Of a stretch of 64,000 nt of DNA, positions 29,598-37,591 are shown piece after piece. The position numbers and the translations under genes are program-made. The first letter of the stretch is position 1; each line of letters opens with the position of its first letter. Below the pieces are notes generated by a model. That model had not been told where the DNA came from and searched no databases. It saw only the letters and a program-made list of their open reading frames with translations. Location: contig JAYTOU010000027.1 of the NCBI GenBank assembly GCA_043747615.1, positions 1 to 64,000 of the forward strand, given 5' to 3'. The stretch is from Myxococcales bacterium. Its GTDB lineage: Bacteria > Myxococcota_A > Polyangia > Polyangiales > Polyangiaceae.

Positions 29598-30547
29598 GGC
29601 GCGCCTACCTGACCGGGCGAGAGACTCCCGTGGCTGGCACCCTTCTCCGTTGTCAGCGCGCACGTGAGAACTATGCCGCCCGCCACCGCTCCGCCGACCG
29701 CCGTCCAGAACCACCAGCGGCTCAGGATCGACCTGGATTTCTCGAGCGGAATCGCCACTTCTCTCTTCGCACCGGCGTCGAGCACGATGGGAACTCTCGC
29801 GTCATCGTAGCCCTCGCGTCGCACGACGAGCTCGTGTGAGCCCGCGGGGACGGTCACTTCGAGCTTCGGGCTGCTCGTTCCGATCTCTTTGCCGTCGAGC
29901 GCAACGAGCGCACCGACGGGCTCGCTGCGGATCGATAGCAGTCCGGAGGTCGACTTGCGGCTCAGCGTCACCTCGATGGCGAGCTCGCCCCCTCCCGGCA
30001 AGACCACGTCGCGCGATTCCGTGAAGAAGCCCTCGAGCTCGATTTGAATGGTCGCCGCGCCCGACGGCAGGCGCGTTGGCGGCAGTGGCGTGGTGCCGAT
30101 CACTTTGTCGCGCAAGAGCACACGCGCCCCGGGAGCCTTGCACGCGAGCTTGAGCGTCGCGATCCGCGGCCGCAGCTGTGCGTAGAGAGCATCGAGCTTT
30201 CCGACTTTCGCTTTCGTCTCAGGGGTCGCGTCTTTGTCGAACGACTCGAGCGCGCGGAGAGCGTCCGGATATTCACCAAGGAACTGATACGCGCGCGCGA
30301 TGCTGTAATTGAGCCCCGCGCTCTCCGGCGACAGACGCAGGGCCTGCTGGTAGCTCGCGAGCGCGTCGGAGTAGCGCATTCCGAGCATGGCTTCGTTACC
30401 TTGGTCTCGCAGCTTGCTAGCGCCCTCCGCTGCGATTTGCTCGGGGGTGGACTGCGGCACGACCGGCGATGACGGGGGCGCGGCGAATGCGGGCCGAGAG
30501 ATGGCAAGCAGGGCGGCGAAGACGAGAGACGCTTTCATCTGGCTCAT
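29594..30547 (-). CDS. TPR + PEGA domain protein with C-terminal membrane segment
   Basis: Signal peptide, TPR (DALASYQQAL), PEGA repeats (GARVLL...IGTTPL; SEPVGALVALDG), SRWWFWTAVG. Confidence 0.85.
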   Translation of the reverse strand: MSQMKASLVFAALLAISRPAFAAPPSSPVVPQSTPEQIAAEGASKLRDQGNEAMLGMRYSDALASYQQALRLSPESAGLNYSIARAYQFLGEYPDALRALESFDKDATPETKAKVGKLDALYAQLRPRIATLKLACKAPGARVLLRDKVIGTTPLPPTRLPSGAATIQIELEGFFTESRDVVLPGGGELAIEVTLSRKSTSGLLSIRSEPVGALVALDGKEIGTSSPKLEVTVPAGSHELVVRREGYDDARVPIVLDAGAKREVAIPLEKSRSILSRWWFWTAVGGAVAGGIVLTCALTTEKGASHGSLSPGQVGAP

Positions 30548-30551
30548 GCCT

Positions 30552-31946
30552 TCATTGTGGAAAAAAGATCGGGTTTTGACCGGCGGGAGGTGGTGTGCTC
30601 GGCGTGGGCGGTGTTGCCGACGGGCTCGCGACTATTTTTCGGACCGGCGGAGCGCTTGCGGCAGCGGATGCCGAGGCGCTGCGAGCGCTTGCGGGCGCCG
30701 CGATCACAGGTGATGGGCCTGGCATCGGCAGCGGCTCGATCGCCAGGGGAGGCGTCGGCACAGTGGGCGGGGCGGCGGTCGGCGGTGGTGCGCCAACGGT
30801 CACCGCGTGGGTTCGACTCCGAAGAAAAAAGCTTGCCGCCACGAGCGCTATCGCGAGGGCGATCACGAGTGGCGCCACGATTGCAGCGACCAACAGGAGC
30901 GAACGTTTGCGCGCTGCCGCCGTCGCGACCTGGCTTTGACTCCATGTGGAAGAAGTCACGGAGGCGGCAGGAGCGACGACTATCTCGGCCAGCGAGGAAC
31001 GGTTGACGCCCCTCGCCAACGTCTTCTGAATTTTCATGGGGGAGACGTGCCCTGGCGGGGCGAACGGCGCGAGATCGGCGGCGAGCTCCCCGACGCTCGC
31101 GTAGCGCTGATCGGGCGCCTTCGCGAGGCACTTCAAGACGACGCGGTCGAGCCCTGGCGGAAGCTCGGGGCATCGCGCTGACGGCGGAACGGCCGTTTGC
31201 TCGAGAATCGCGCTGAAAAGCTCGCCCAGGGACTCGCCACGGAACGGCAGTACACCTGTAGTCAGCTCGTACAGGATGACACCGAGCGACCAGACGTCGG
31301 CGCGTGAATCGATCGTGCGCGCGCTCCGAAGCTGCTCGGGCGGAACGTAGAACGGCGAGCCGAGGATCGTGCCCGCCGAGGTGACGTGACCGACCTTCGC
31401 GTTGGAACCCTCCTGAACTTTGGAGATCCCGAAATCGAGGACCTTGATCACGTCGTCGCCGCTCTGCTGTGCCAGAAAAAGATTTGCGGGCTTTAGATCT
31501 CGATGAATGATGCCGAGCGCGTGCGCCGCGGCAACGGCCTCGAGCGCCTGGAGCACGTAATCTACCGCCTCCGCTAGGGGGAGGCGACCGCGCTCCACGA
31601 GAAGCTGCGCGAGGTCCCGCCCCTCGAGGTACTCGAGCGCGATGAACGCGACCCCACCTCGATCGAGTGTTCCAACGTCCATCACGCGCGCGACGTGCTC
31701 GTTCTTGATCTTGGCGGCGGAACGCGCTTCGTTCAGAAAGCGCGCAATCACTTCCGGGTTTCGCGCGACCTCTTCGAGCAGAAGCTTGAGAGCCACGCGC
31801 TCACCGAGCAGCTCGTGGTGGGCCGCATAGACGATGCCCATGCCTCCTTTGCCGATGACCTTCTCAATCCGGTACTTGCCGTCGAGGAGCGTGCCGATGC
31901 CAGGCAAGAATGCCCTCACGGTCGGTTCGAACCCCAGGTCGCTCAC
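30552..31946 (-). CDS. Membrane Ser/Thr protein kinase (Hanks type)
   Basis: GKGGMG, VALK, HRDLKPAN, DFG, GSPFYVPPE, TM helix, Pro-rich tail. Confidence 0.95.
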   Translation of the reverse strand: MSDLGFEPTVRAFLPGIGTLLDGKYRIEKVIGKGGMGIVYAAHHELLGERVALKLLLEEVARNPEVIARFLNEARSAAKIKNEHVARVMDVGTLDRGGVAFIALEYLEGRDLAQLLVERGRLPLAEAVDYVLQALEAVAAAHALGIIHRDLKPANLFLAQQSGDDVIKVLDFGISKVQEGSNAKVGHVTSAGTILGSPFYVPPEQLRSARTIDSRADVWSLGVILYELTTGVLPFRGESLGELFSAILEQTAVPPSARCPELPPGLDRVVLKCLAKAPDQRYASVGELAADLAPFAPPGHVSPMKIQKTLARGVNRSSLAEIVVAPAASVTSSTWSQSQVATAAARKRSLLLVAAIVAPLVIALAIALVAASFFLRSRTHAVTVGAPPPTAAPPTVPTPPLAIEPLPMPGPSPVIAAPASARSASASAAASAPPVRKIVASPSATPPTPSTPPPAGQNPIFFPQ

Positions 31947-32017
31947 CGGGAGAGCTTATACCCAGCCGCGGCCGCGTACATACAGTCGTGTAGGTATCGC
32001 CCTCGGGGAAAGCGCGT

Positions 32018-33304
32018 TTACGCCAACTGGTCGCGCGCCTCGATCAAGCGCGCCATGGCCACGCGCCGTATCTTCCCGAGTCGGTCGATGTCCGCGCCGG
32101 CAAAAAGAGAGCTCCGCACGCGTCGTTGCAGACGCTCCGCACGATCGAGCCAGGCCAAGGCTGCGAACGGGGAGAGGGCGATCACCGCGATGGCGGCGAA
32201 GAGCGCCGGACGGGGTACGAAGAACACCGCGAGCATCACGAGAAGCGCGGCCCATAGAGGATGTACGACCAGACCCGCACCGAGCTTGTAGGTCGACACC
32301 AGGTCGGCCTCGTCGGCCTTCCGCGCGACGATGCGCGGCACTTGGTACGGCGGCCAGTAAAGGACGATCCCGATGACGGCCAGGGGCAGCGCTGCCACGA
32401 GCCCAATCGCGCGAACGAGACCACCCGCCTTTCGGGCGAGCTCGCCCTTGGCGACCTCCTCGTCGCCCACCCCGGCACGTTCGAGCTCGGCATAGTAGCT
32501 CGAGACCTTCATCATTATCTCGCGGTAGAGCGGCGCATCGGGGGTCAGCACTCTCTTGGCAGCCTCGACACGCTGACCGATCAGCGTCACCCCCTCGAGG
32601 CTGTGGTCTTTCGCGTCGTTGGCGAACATCTCTGCGATGCGGGCAATGACAATCCGTTCCTCCCACGTGTCACCTTCGACAATCAGCTCCGAGAGATCGT
32701 CCGCCAGGATCTTCGTGATCGCGCCCGCCAGGTCGCCGTCCGTGATGGCGTCGACCGAACGCACCGGTCCGTACATGAGGAGACTGCGCGAGCGAAAGAC
32801 GTCTCGCTCTTCGAACTCCAGACCCACCGCCTGAAATGTCAGGCCTTTCGTTCCGTCGCTCTTCGCGTGCGCGAGCATGCGCCCGCCGCCCGAGCGCATG
32901 GGGATCAAGTGAGGTTCGTTGTGGCTCGTTCCCTCGGGGAAAATAAGGATATTTCCCTTGTTCGTGAGGTGAGCGGCCACCTTCTCGAAGACCTCGTCGT
33001 TCGCGGCGGCGTTCTTGTTGGGGTCGTCGCAGCGTCGCACGATGGGCACCGCATCGACGGCGTCGAGCAGCCAACGGAGCACGGGGATCTTCCACAGCGG
33101 CGCTTTTCCTAGAGGCGATATAGGGCAGGGAGCCGTGGTGAGAACGAGGATCGGATCGACGAGCCCGTTCACGTGGTTGGCGGCAAAGAGTCGTCCGCCA
33201 ACGTCGGCGCGGGGGATCTCGCCGACGATTTCGATCTCTCGAAAGTAGATCTGGATGACGCGCCGGAAAAACCAGCGGATGGAAGCGCGCGCGGCTCCCG
33301 GCAC
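32018..33304 (-). CDS. Glycerolipid acyltransferase (PlsC-like superfamily, HX5D type)
   Basis: ANHVNGLVDP, FPEGTSH, C-terminal TM helices. Confidence 0.85.
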   Translation of the reverse strand: MPGAARASIRWFFRRVIQIYFREIEIVGEIPRADVGGRLFAANHVNGLVDPILVLTTAPCPISPLGKAPLWKIPVLRWLLDAVDAVPIVRRCDDPNKNAAANDEVFEKVAAHLTNKGNILIFPEGTSHNEPHLIPMRSGGGRMLAHAKSDGTKGLTFQAVGLEFEERDVFRSRSLLMYGPVRSVDAITDGDLAGAITKILADDLSELIVEGDTWEERIVIARIAEMFANDAKDHSLEGVTLIGQRVEAAKRVLTPDAPLYREIMMKVSSYYAELERAGVGDEEVAKGELARKAGGLVRAIGLVAALPLAVIGIVLYWPPYQVPRIVARKADEADLVSTYKLGAGLVVHPLWAALLVMLAVFFVPRPALFAAIAVIALSPFAALAWLDRAERLQRRVRSSLFAGADIDRLGKIRRVAMARLIEARDQLA

Positions 33305-33309
33305 GACGC

Positions 33310-33774
33310 TTAGCTGGTCAGCCCTTGAGCGAGCGTGCGCGGTACGTCTTTGAAGAGGATCACGACCTTGGCATTGTCGATCACCTGGGTGACGACGCCG
33401 TCACCGAAGCGCGTGTGGCGAACGAGATCGCCGGGCTGGAACGTTTCGGCGACGGTGTACCGCTTGAAGTCGCTCACCGCGCGGCCGGCGATGGCCTTTT
33501 CCCAGCTGTGCTCGAGATCGCGGCGGGCCTGCTCGGCCTTCGTCACGTGGCTCACGCGGGCAGCGCGGGGCTCAGAGACGCCCTTCTTCGAGCCCGTAGG
33601 CTCGGCTTTTTCACCTGGCGGCCGAGCGCGGTAATTGTGGTGCGAGTTGCAGGTCGAGCACTCGACGCGCTTCGGAAGCGGTCCGACCATCGCGATGATC
33701 CGGTGGTTCAAAATCATCCGGCATTTGGTGCAGAAGCTATCGATCTCACCACCGGCATGGGGCGCCTTACTCAT
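33310..33774 (-). CDS. Zn-ribbon + PcrA/UvrD-Tudor-like small protein
   Basis: CTKC...CSTC; C-terminal FQPGDLVRHTRFGDGVV. Confidence 0.75.
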   Translation of the reverse strand: MSKAPHAGGEIDSFCTKCRMILNHRIIAMVGPLPKRVECSTCNSHHNYRARPPGEKAEPTGSKKGVSEPRAARVSHVTKAEQARRDLEHSWEKAIAGRAVSDFKRYTVAETFQPGDLVRHTRFGDGVVTQVIDNAKVVILFKDVPRTLAQGLTS

Positions 33775-34276
33775 TCCCGCGTCTACGGCGCTCTCGCGGC
33801 CGCTCCTCTCGCTTTACGTACATGTCCATTTTGATTTCGGGCTTGGACGTTTCCGGCTTCGCGTCCGATGACGACGCTGGCTGGGCAGGGTCGCCTGGCT
33901 TTTTCTTGTCGCCGGCGCTCTCTGGTTTCGGACTCTCGTTCGGGCTGAAACGGACCGTGGTGTTAATCTCGAACTGCACGGTGGTCAGCAGCTTCTGGAT
34001 TTCACCGGCCATGTTCGTGTGCTCGAGAAAATCGCGCATCTCCTTCGCGACGACGCGGAAGAGGCCGTTCTTCGTCTCGTCGATCTGCGACAGGAGGTAG
34101 CCCGCGATCTCTTTCGGGAGCTTCAGATCGTGCACGAACTGCTTGAGCGTCTCGGGTGAGCTCGACGCCTTCTCAACGCCGATCTCCACGGCGCGCTTGA
34201 GAAGCTCGGGGATCATTCCCTCGAGTCGCCTGCGCTTTCCGGGGGCATCTCCATCACCGGAATCGTGTTCGCTCAC
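33767..34276 (-). CDS. Hypothetical helical protein
   Basis: Coding-like segment IPELLKRAVEIG...LPKEIAGYLLSQIDETK...; GTG 34276; overlaps the next gene by 8 nt. Confidence 0.75.
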   Translation of the reverse strand: MSEHDSGDGDAPGKRRRLEGMIPELLKRAVEIGVEKASSSPETLKQFVHDLKLPKEIAGYLLSQIDETKNGLFRVVAKEMRDFLEHTNMAGEIQKLLTTVQFEINTTVRFSPNESPKPESAGDKKKPGDPAQPASSSDAKPETSKPEIKMDMYVKREERPRERRRRGNE

Positions 34277-34355
34277 CCCGGAGAAGTAACGCCACGGCGC
34301 AAGACGGTCAACTGGCGGCTTGGAACACCATGCGCCACGAGCTTGCGAACGTCGC

Positions 34356-34757
34356 TCAAGCGGCGGCGGACAAGATGCGGGAAATCCCCAGCGCGGCGGC
34401 GTCCATCGCGAGGTCGCGTGCCCCGCCTCCCGGAGCGCCGCGTCCGCAGAGCAGAACTTCCTGTCCGCTGATCTGGATGTGGCGAACGTCGACGTCCGCG
34501 CGCATCGAAGCGATTCGCGACTGCACGGGGCCGTCGCCGATGCCCTCGTCGGCGAGGAGAGGAGCGTACGCGGCGAGCTCTTCGCACGCGGCCCACGACC
34601 CGGCACCGGCGACGACGACCCCAGAATGGTCGGCCAGAACGACGGTCTCGAGCGAGCCAGCATGCCGTGCATGCGTGAGCTGATAATGCAGAGCGATGAG
34701 CGGATCGGTGCTGCGCTTGCGCCGGCGGTCTTCCGTCGTCAGATCAAAAGTCGACAT
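34356..34757 (-). CDS. Small Roadblock/GAF-like protein
   Basis: ATG 34757; DRRRKRS.DP..ALHYQL...VVLADHSGVVVAG...CEELAAYAP. Confidence 0.65.
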   Translation of the reverse strand: MSTFDLTTEDRRRKRSTDPLIALHYQLTHARHAGSLETVVLADHSGVVVAGAGSWAACEELAAYAPLLADEGIGDGPVQSRIASMRADVDVRHIQISGQEVLLCGRGAPGGGARDLAMDAAALGISRILSAAA

Positions 34758-34842
34758 GGGCGAAGTTTCCGACTGTAGGTAAAGGTGGGCCAAGTTCGCG
34801 GGGTGGCTTGACCCTCGCCCGCATCTTCGCCAATGGGAATCC

Positions 34843-36150
34843 ATGGGAAATCGCCAAGTCTTCAAGAAAAGGCGCGACGCCTTCATCGCCGCGATGACCG
34901 GCGACGCAGTAGCGATTTTTGCGGCCGCGCCCCTGACGACCCGCAACAACGACGTCGAGCACGAGTACCGGCAAGACTCCGATTTCTACTACCTGACCGG
35001 CTTCGACGAGCCGGAGAGCGTGCTCGTCCTCTGCGCCAAGGATCGCAAGACCACCATGTTCGTGCGCGCCCGCGATGCGGAGCGCGAGATCTGGGACGGC
35101 CCGCGCGTGGGCGTGGACGGCGCGAAGAGCGACTTCGGTGCGGACGACGCGTTCTTGATCGGCGACTTCGACGAGCATCTGCCGAAGCTTCTCCAAGACA
35201 AAAACCGCCTTTATTTCAGGCTGGCAAGAGATCGCGCGCTCGACGACCGTCTTCTTGCGATAATCGACAAGGGGCGGACGCGTGCGCGAGCCGCGTTCGT
35301 GTGGCCGTCGGAGATCATCGATCCGGGGAGCGTCCTTCACGAGATGCGCCTCTTCAAGAGCGCAGAGGACGTCGCGTCGATGCGGAAGGCGGCCGCGATA
35401 ACTGCCGACGCACACAAGCGGGCGATGGCAGCCGCCAAGCCAGGCATGCACGAGTACGAGATCGAAGCGCTCCTCTTGGAAGCGTTTCGCCGCCACGGCT
35501 CGGAGCGGCCTGCGTACGGAAGCATCGTCGGCTCGGGCCCCAACGCGACCATCCTCCACTACCGCTCAAACAACCGGAAGATGGAGGCCGGCGACCTCCT
35601 CCTCATCGACGCTGGGTGCGAGTTCGAATACTTCGCGAGTGACGTGACGCGCACGCTGCCCGTAAGCGGAACGTTCTCGAAGGAGCAGCGCGCCATCTAC
35701 GAGATCGTGCTCGAAGCCCAGCTCGCGAGCATCAAAGCGACGCGCCCCGGGGCCACGCTCGAAGAAATTCACCGCCGGAGCGTCGAGGTGATCACGGCCG
35801 GCCTCGCGCGTGTGGGGATCCTCAGTGGCACAACAGAAAAGCTAATAGCTGAAGACGCTTACCGCCCATTCTTTATGCATCGCACGAGCCACTGGCTCGG
35901 CATGGACGTCCACGACGTCGGCCCGTACTTTCGCGGTGGCAAGCCTCGGGCGCTCGAAGCCGGCATGGTGATCACGGTCGAGCCGGGGATCTACATCGCG
36001 AAGGACTGCGACAAGGTCGAGGCGCGCTGGCGCGGCATCGGCATACGGATCGAAGACGACATCCTCGTGACCGAAGACGGGCCGGTCAACCTGACGCAGG
36101 CGATTCCGAAGACGGTGGCGGAGGTGGAGCAAGCTTGCCGCGCGTCGTAG
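34843..36150 (+). CDS. pepP: Xaa-Pro aminopeptidase (M24B)
   Basis: YRQDSDFYYLTGF, LHY, LIDAG, SDVTRT, HWLGMDVHDVG, TVEPGIY, GIRIEDD. Confidence 0.95.
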   Translation: MGNRQVFKKRRDAFIAAMTGDAVAIFAAAPLTTRNNDVEHEYRQDSDFYYLTGFDEPESVLVLCAKDRKTTMFVRARDAEREIWDGPRVGVDGAKSDFGADDAFLIGDFDEHLPKLLQDKNRLYFRLARDRALDDRLLAIIDKGRTRARAAFVWPSEIIDPGSVLHEMRLFKSAEDVASMRKAAAITADAHKRAMAAAKPGMHEYEIEALLLEAFRRHGSERPAYGSIVGSGPNATILHYRSNNRKMEAGDLLLIDAGCEFEYFASDVTRTLPVSGTFSKEQRAIYEIVLEAQLASIKATRPGATLEEIHRRSVEVITAGLARVGILSGTTEKLIAEDAYRPFFMHRTSHWLGMDVHDVGPYFRGGKPRALEAGMVITVEPGIYIAKDCDKVEARWRGIGIRIEDDILVTEDGPVNLTQAIPKTVAEVEQACRAS

Positions 36151-36601
36151 ATCTCCTCCACGTCGCGAACGCGTAGGTCGCGAGCCCGAACGCGACCCCA
36201 AGCGTCAGCCCCACGGCCAGCGATCCCACGAGCCACTCGAGGAGCATCGCTGGCCCGGCGCTGCGAACTTCGTCGACGCTGAGCGCGAGCCACCGCCCCG
36301 TGCGGGCCCGGTGCGCGACCTGGATCTCGGCAAGAATGATCCAAGGCAAGAAAAAGACGTTCGAGACGCGCGAGCCGACCCACGACCAGAGCTTGTTTTT
36401 CCGGCAGAGCGCGGCGAGAGCCACGGCCAGCCATCCGTGAAATCCAACCGCGGGCGTGCATCCTGCGTAGACGCCGATGCCGACCGCCCAGGCGATCTCA
36501 CGGGGGCTCGAGTGCTCGTCCTTGAGCGTGCGCCAAAGCGCGAGCGCGCGCGCTCGGCCATGGTCGACAAAGCGTTCCGCCGAGGACTCGTCGATCGTCA
36601 C
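36086..36601 (-). CDS. DUF2062-family membrane protein
   Basis: SPREIAWAVGIGVYAGCTP, GSRVSN, hydrophobic segments; 3' end overlaps pepP. Confidence 0.75.
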   Translation of the reverse strand: MTIDESSAERFVDHGRARALALWRTLKDEHSSPREIAWAVGIGVYAGCTPAVGFHGWLAVALAALCRKNKLWSWVGSRVSNVFFLPWIILAEIQVAHRARTGRWLALSVDEVRSAGPAMLLEWLVGSLAVGLTLGVAFGLATYAFATWRRSTTRGKLAPPPPPSSESPASG

Positions 36602-36654
36602 ACCTGTGGTCTAGCGCAAAATGATGGACTTTTCCTGCGGAATGCTAAGGAATC

Positions 36655-37581
36655 GTGGTGACTCTCGACGAGGCAGTGGAGGCGTTCGTCGCGTACCTGG
36701 CGGGCGAGAGGCGAGCGTCGCCGCATACCGTCTACGCGTACCGTGCCGACCTCGAGAGCCTCCTGCGCTTCGTGCGCGCGACATCCTCGAAAGAGGTCAG
36801 CCTCGAAGCGATCGATCTCTACGCACTTCGCGGATGGCTTGGCCAGCTCTCGCGAACCATTGCCCCAAGCTCGGTGGCTCGCCACGTCGCTGCCGTTCGC
36901 ACCTGGATGCGGTGGCTTCGGCGCCGCGGGGTCATCACGAAGAGCCCTGCGGATGAGCTCGCGAGCCCGAAGGCGCGCCGTCCACTGCCTACGTTTCTCA
37001 GCGTCGATGCGGCCGCGGAAGTGATGGAGACCCCTGACGCATCTACGCCCACGGGGAAGCGCGACCGGGCCGTTTTGGAGCTCCTCTACGGCTCGGGGCT
37101 GCGGGTGAGCGAGCTTGCCGCCCTCTCGCTCAGCGACGTCGATCTCCGGGCCCGCGAAACGCGCGTGCTCGGCAAGGGTAAAAAAGAGCGCGCGGTTCCC
37201 GTCGGCGAAAAGTGTGCGGAGGCCCTCGTCGCCTACTTCGAGGTACGCACGCAGCTCCGGCATCCGAAGACCGGAGACCACGATGTCCACGCCGTCTTTT
37301 TGAGTGCCCGCGGCCGTCGCCTCGGGGTCCGTGCGGTCCAGGATCTCGTCCACAAATATGGCGCGCTCGGCGCAGGGCGAGCCGACTTGCATCCGCACGC
37401 TCTTCGTCACACCTGCGCCACGCACCTCCTCGACGGGGGCGCCGATCTTCGCGCCATCCAGGAATTTTTGGGGCATTCGTCGCTCACGACCACCCAGCGA
37501 TACACCCACGTGTCGATGGAGCATCTCATGAAGGTGTATGACGCCGCGCATCCGCTCGCGCGCGTGTCCCGAACCAAGTAA
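36655..37581 (+). CDS. xerC: Tyrosine recombinase XerC
   Basis: ERRASPHTVYAYRADL, LYGSGLRVSE, GKGKKER, HPHALRHTCATHLL, LGHSSLTTTQRYTHV. Confidence 0.9.
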   Translation: MVTLDEAVEAFVAYLAGERRASPHTVYAYRADLESLLRFVRATSSKEVSLEAIDLYALRGWLGQLSRTIAPSSVARHVAAVRTWMRWLRRRGVITKSPADELASPKARRPLPTFLSVDAAAEVMETPDASTPTGKRDRAVLELLYGSGLRVSELAALSLSDVDLRARETRVLGKGKKERAVPVGEKCAEALVAYFEVRTQLRHPKTGDHDVHAVFLSARGRRLGVRAVQDLVHKYGALGAGRADLHPHALRHTCATHLLDGGADLRAIQEFLGHSSLTTTQRYTHVSMEHLMKVYDAAHPLARVSRTK

Positions 37582-37591
37582 GAAGCTCCAC

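Noticed and set aside
36655..37581. Tyrosine recombinase as a prophage/island integrase
   Set aside because: XerC size and motifs, housekeeping neighbours, no tRNA or att repeats seen; no dif site recognised either.
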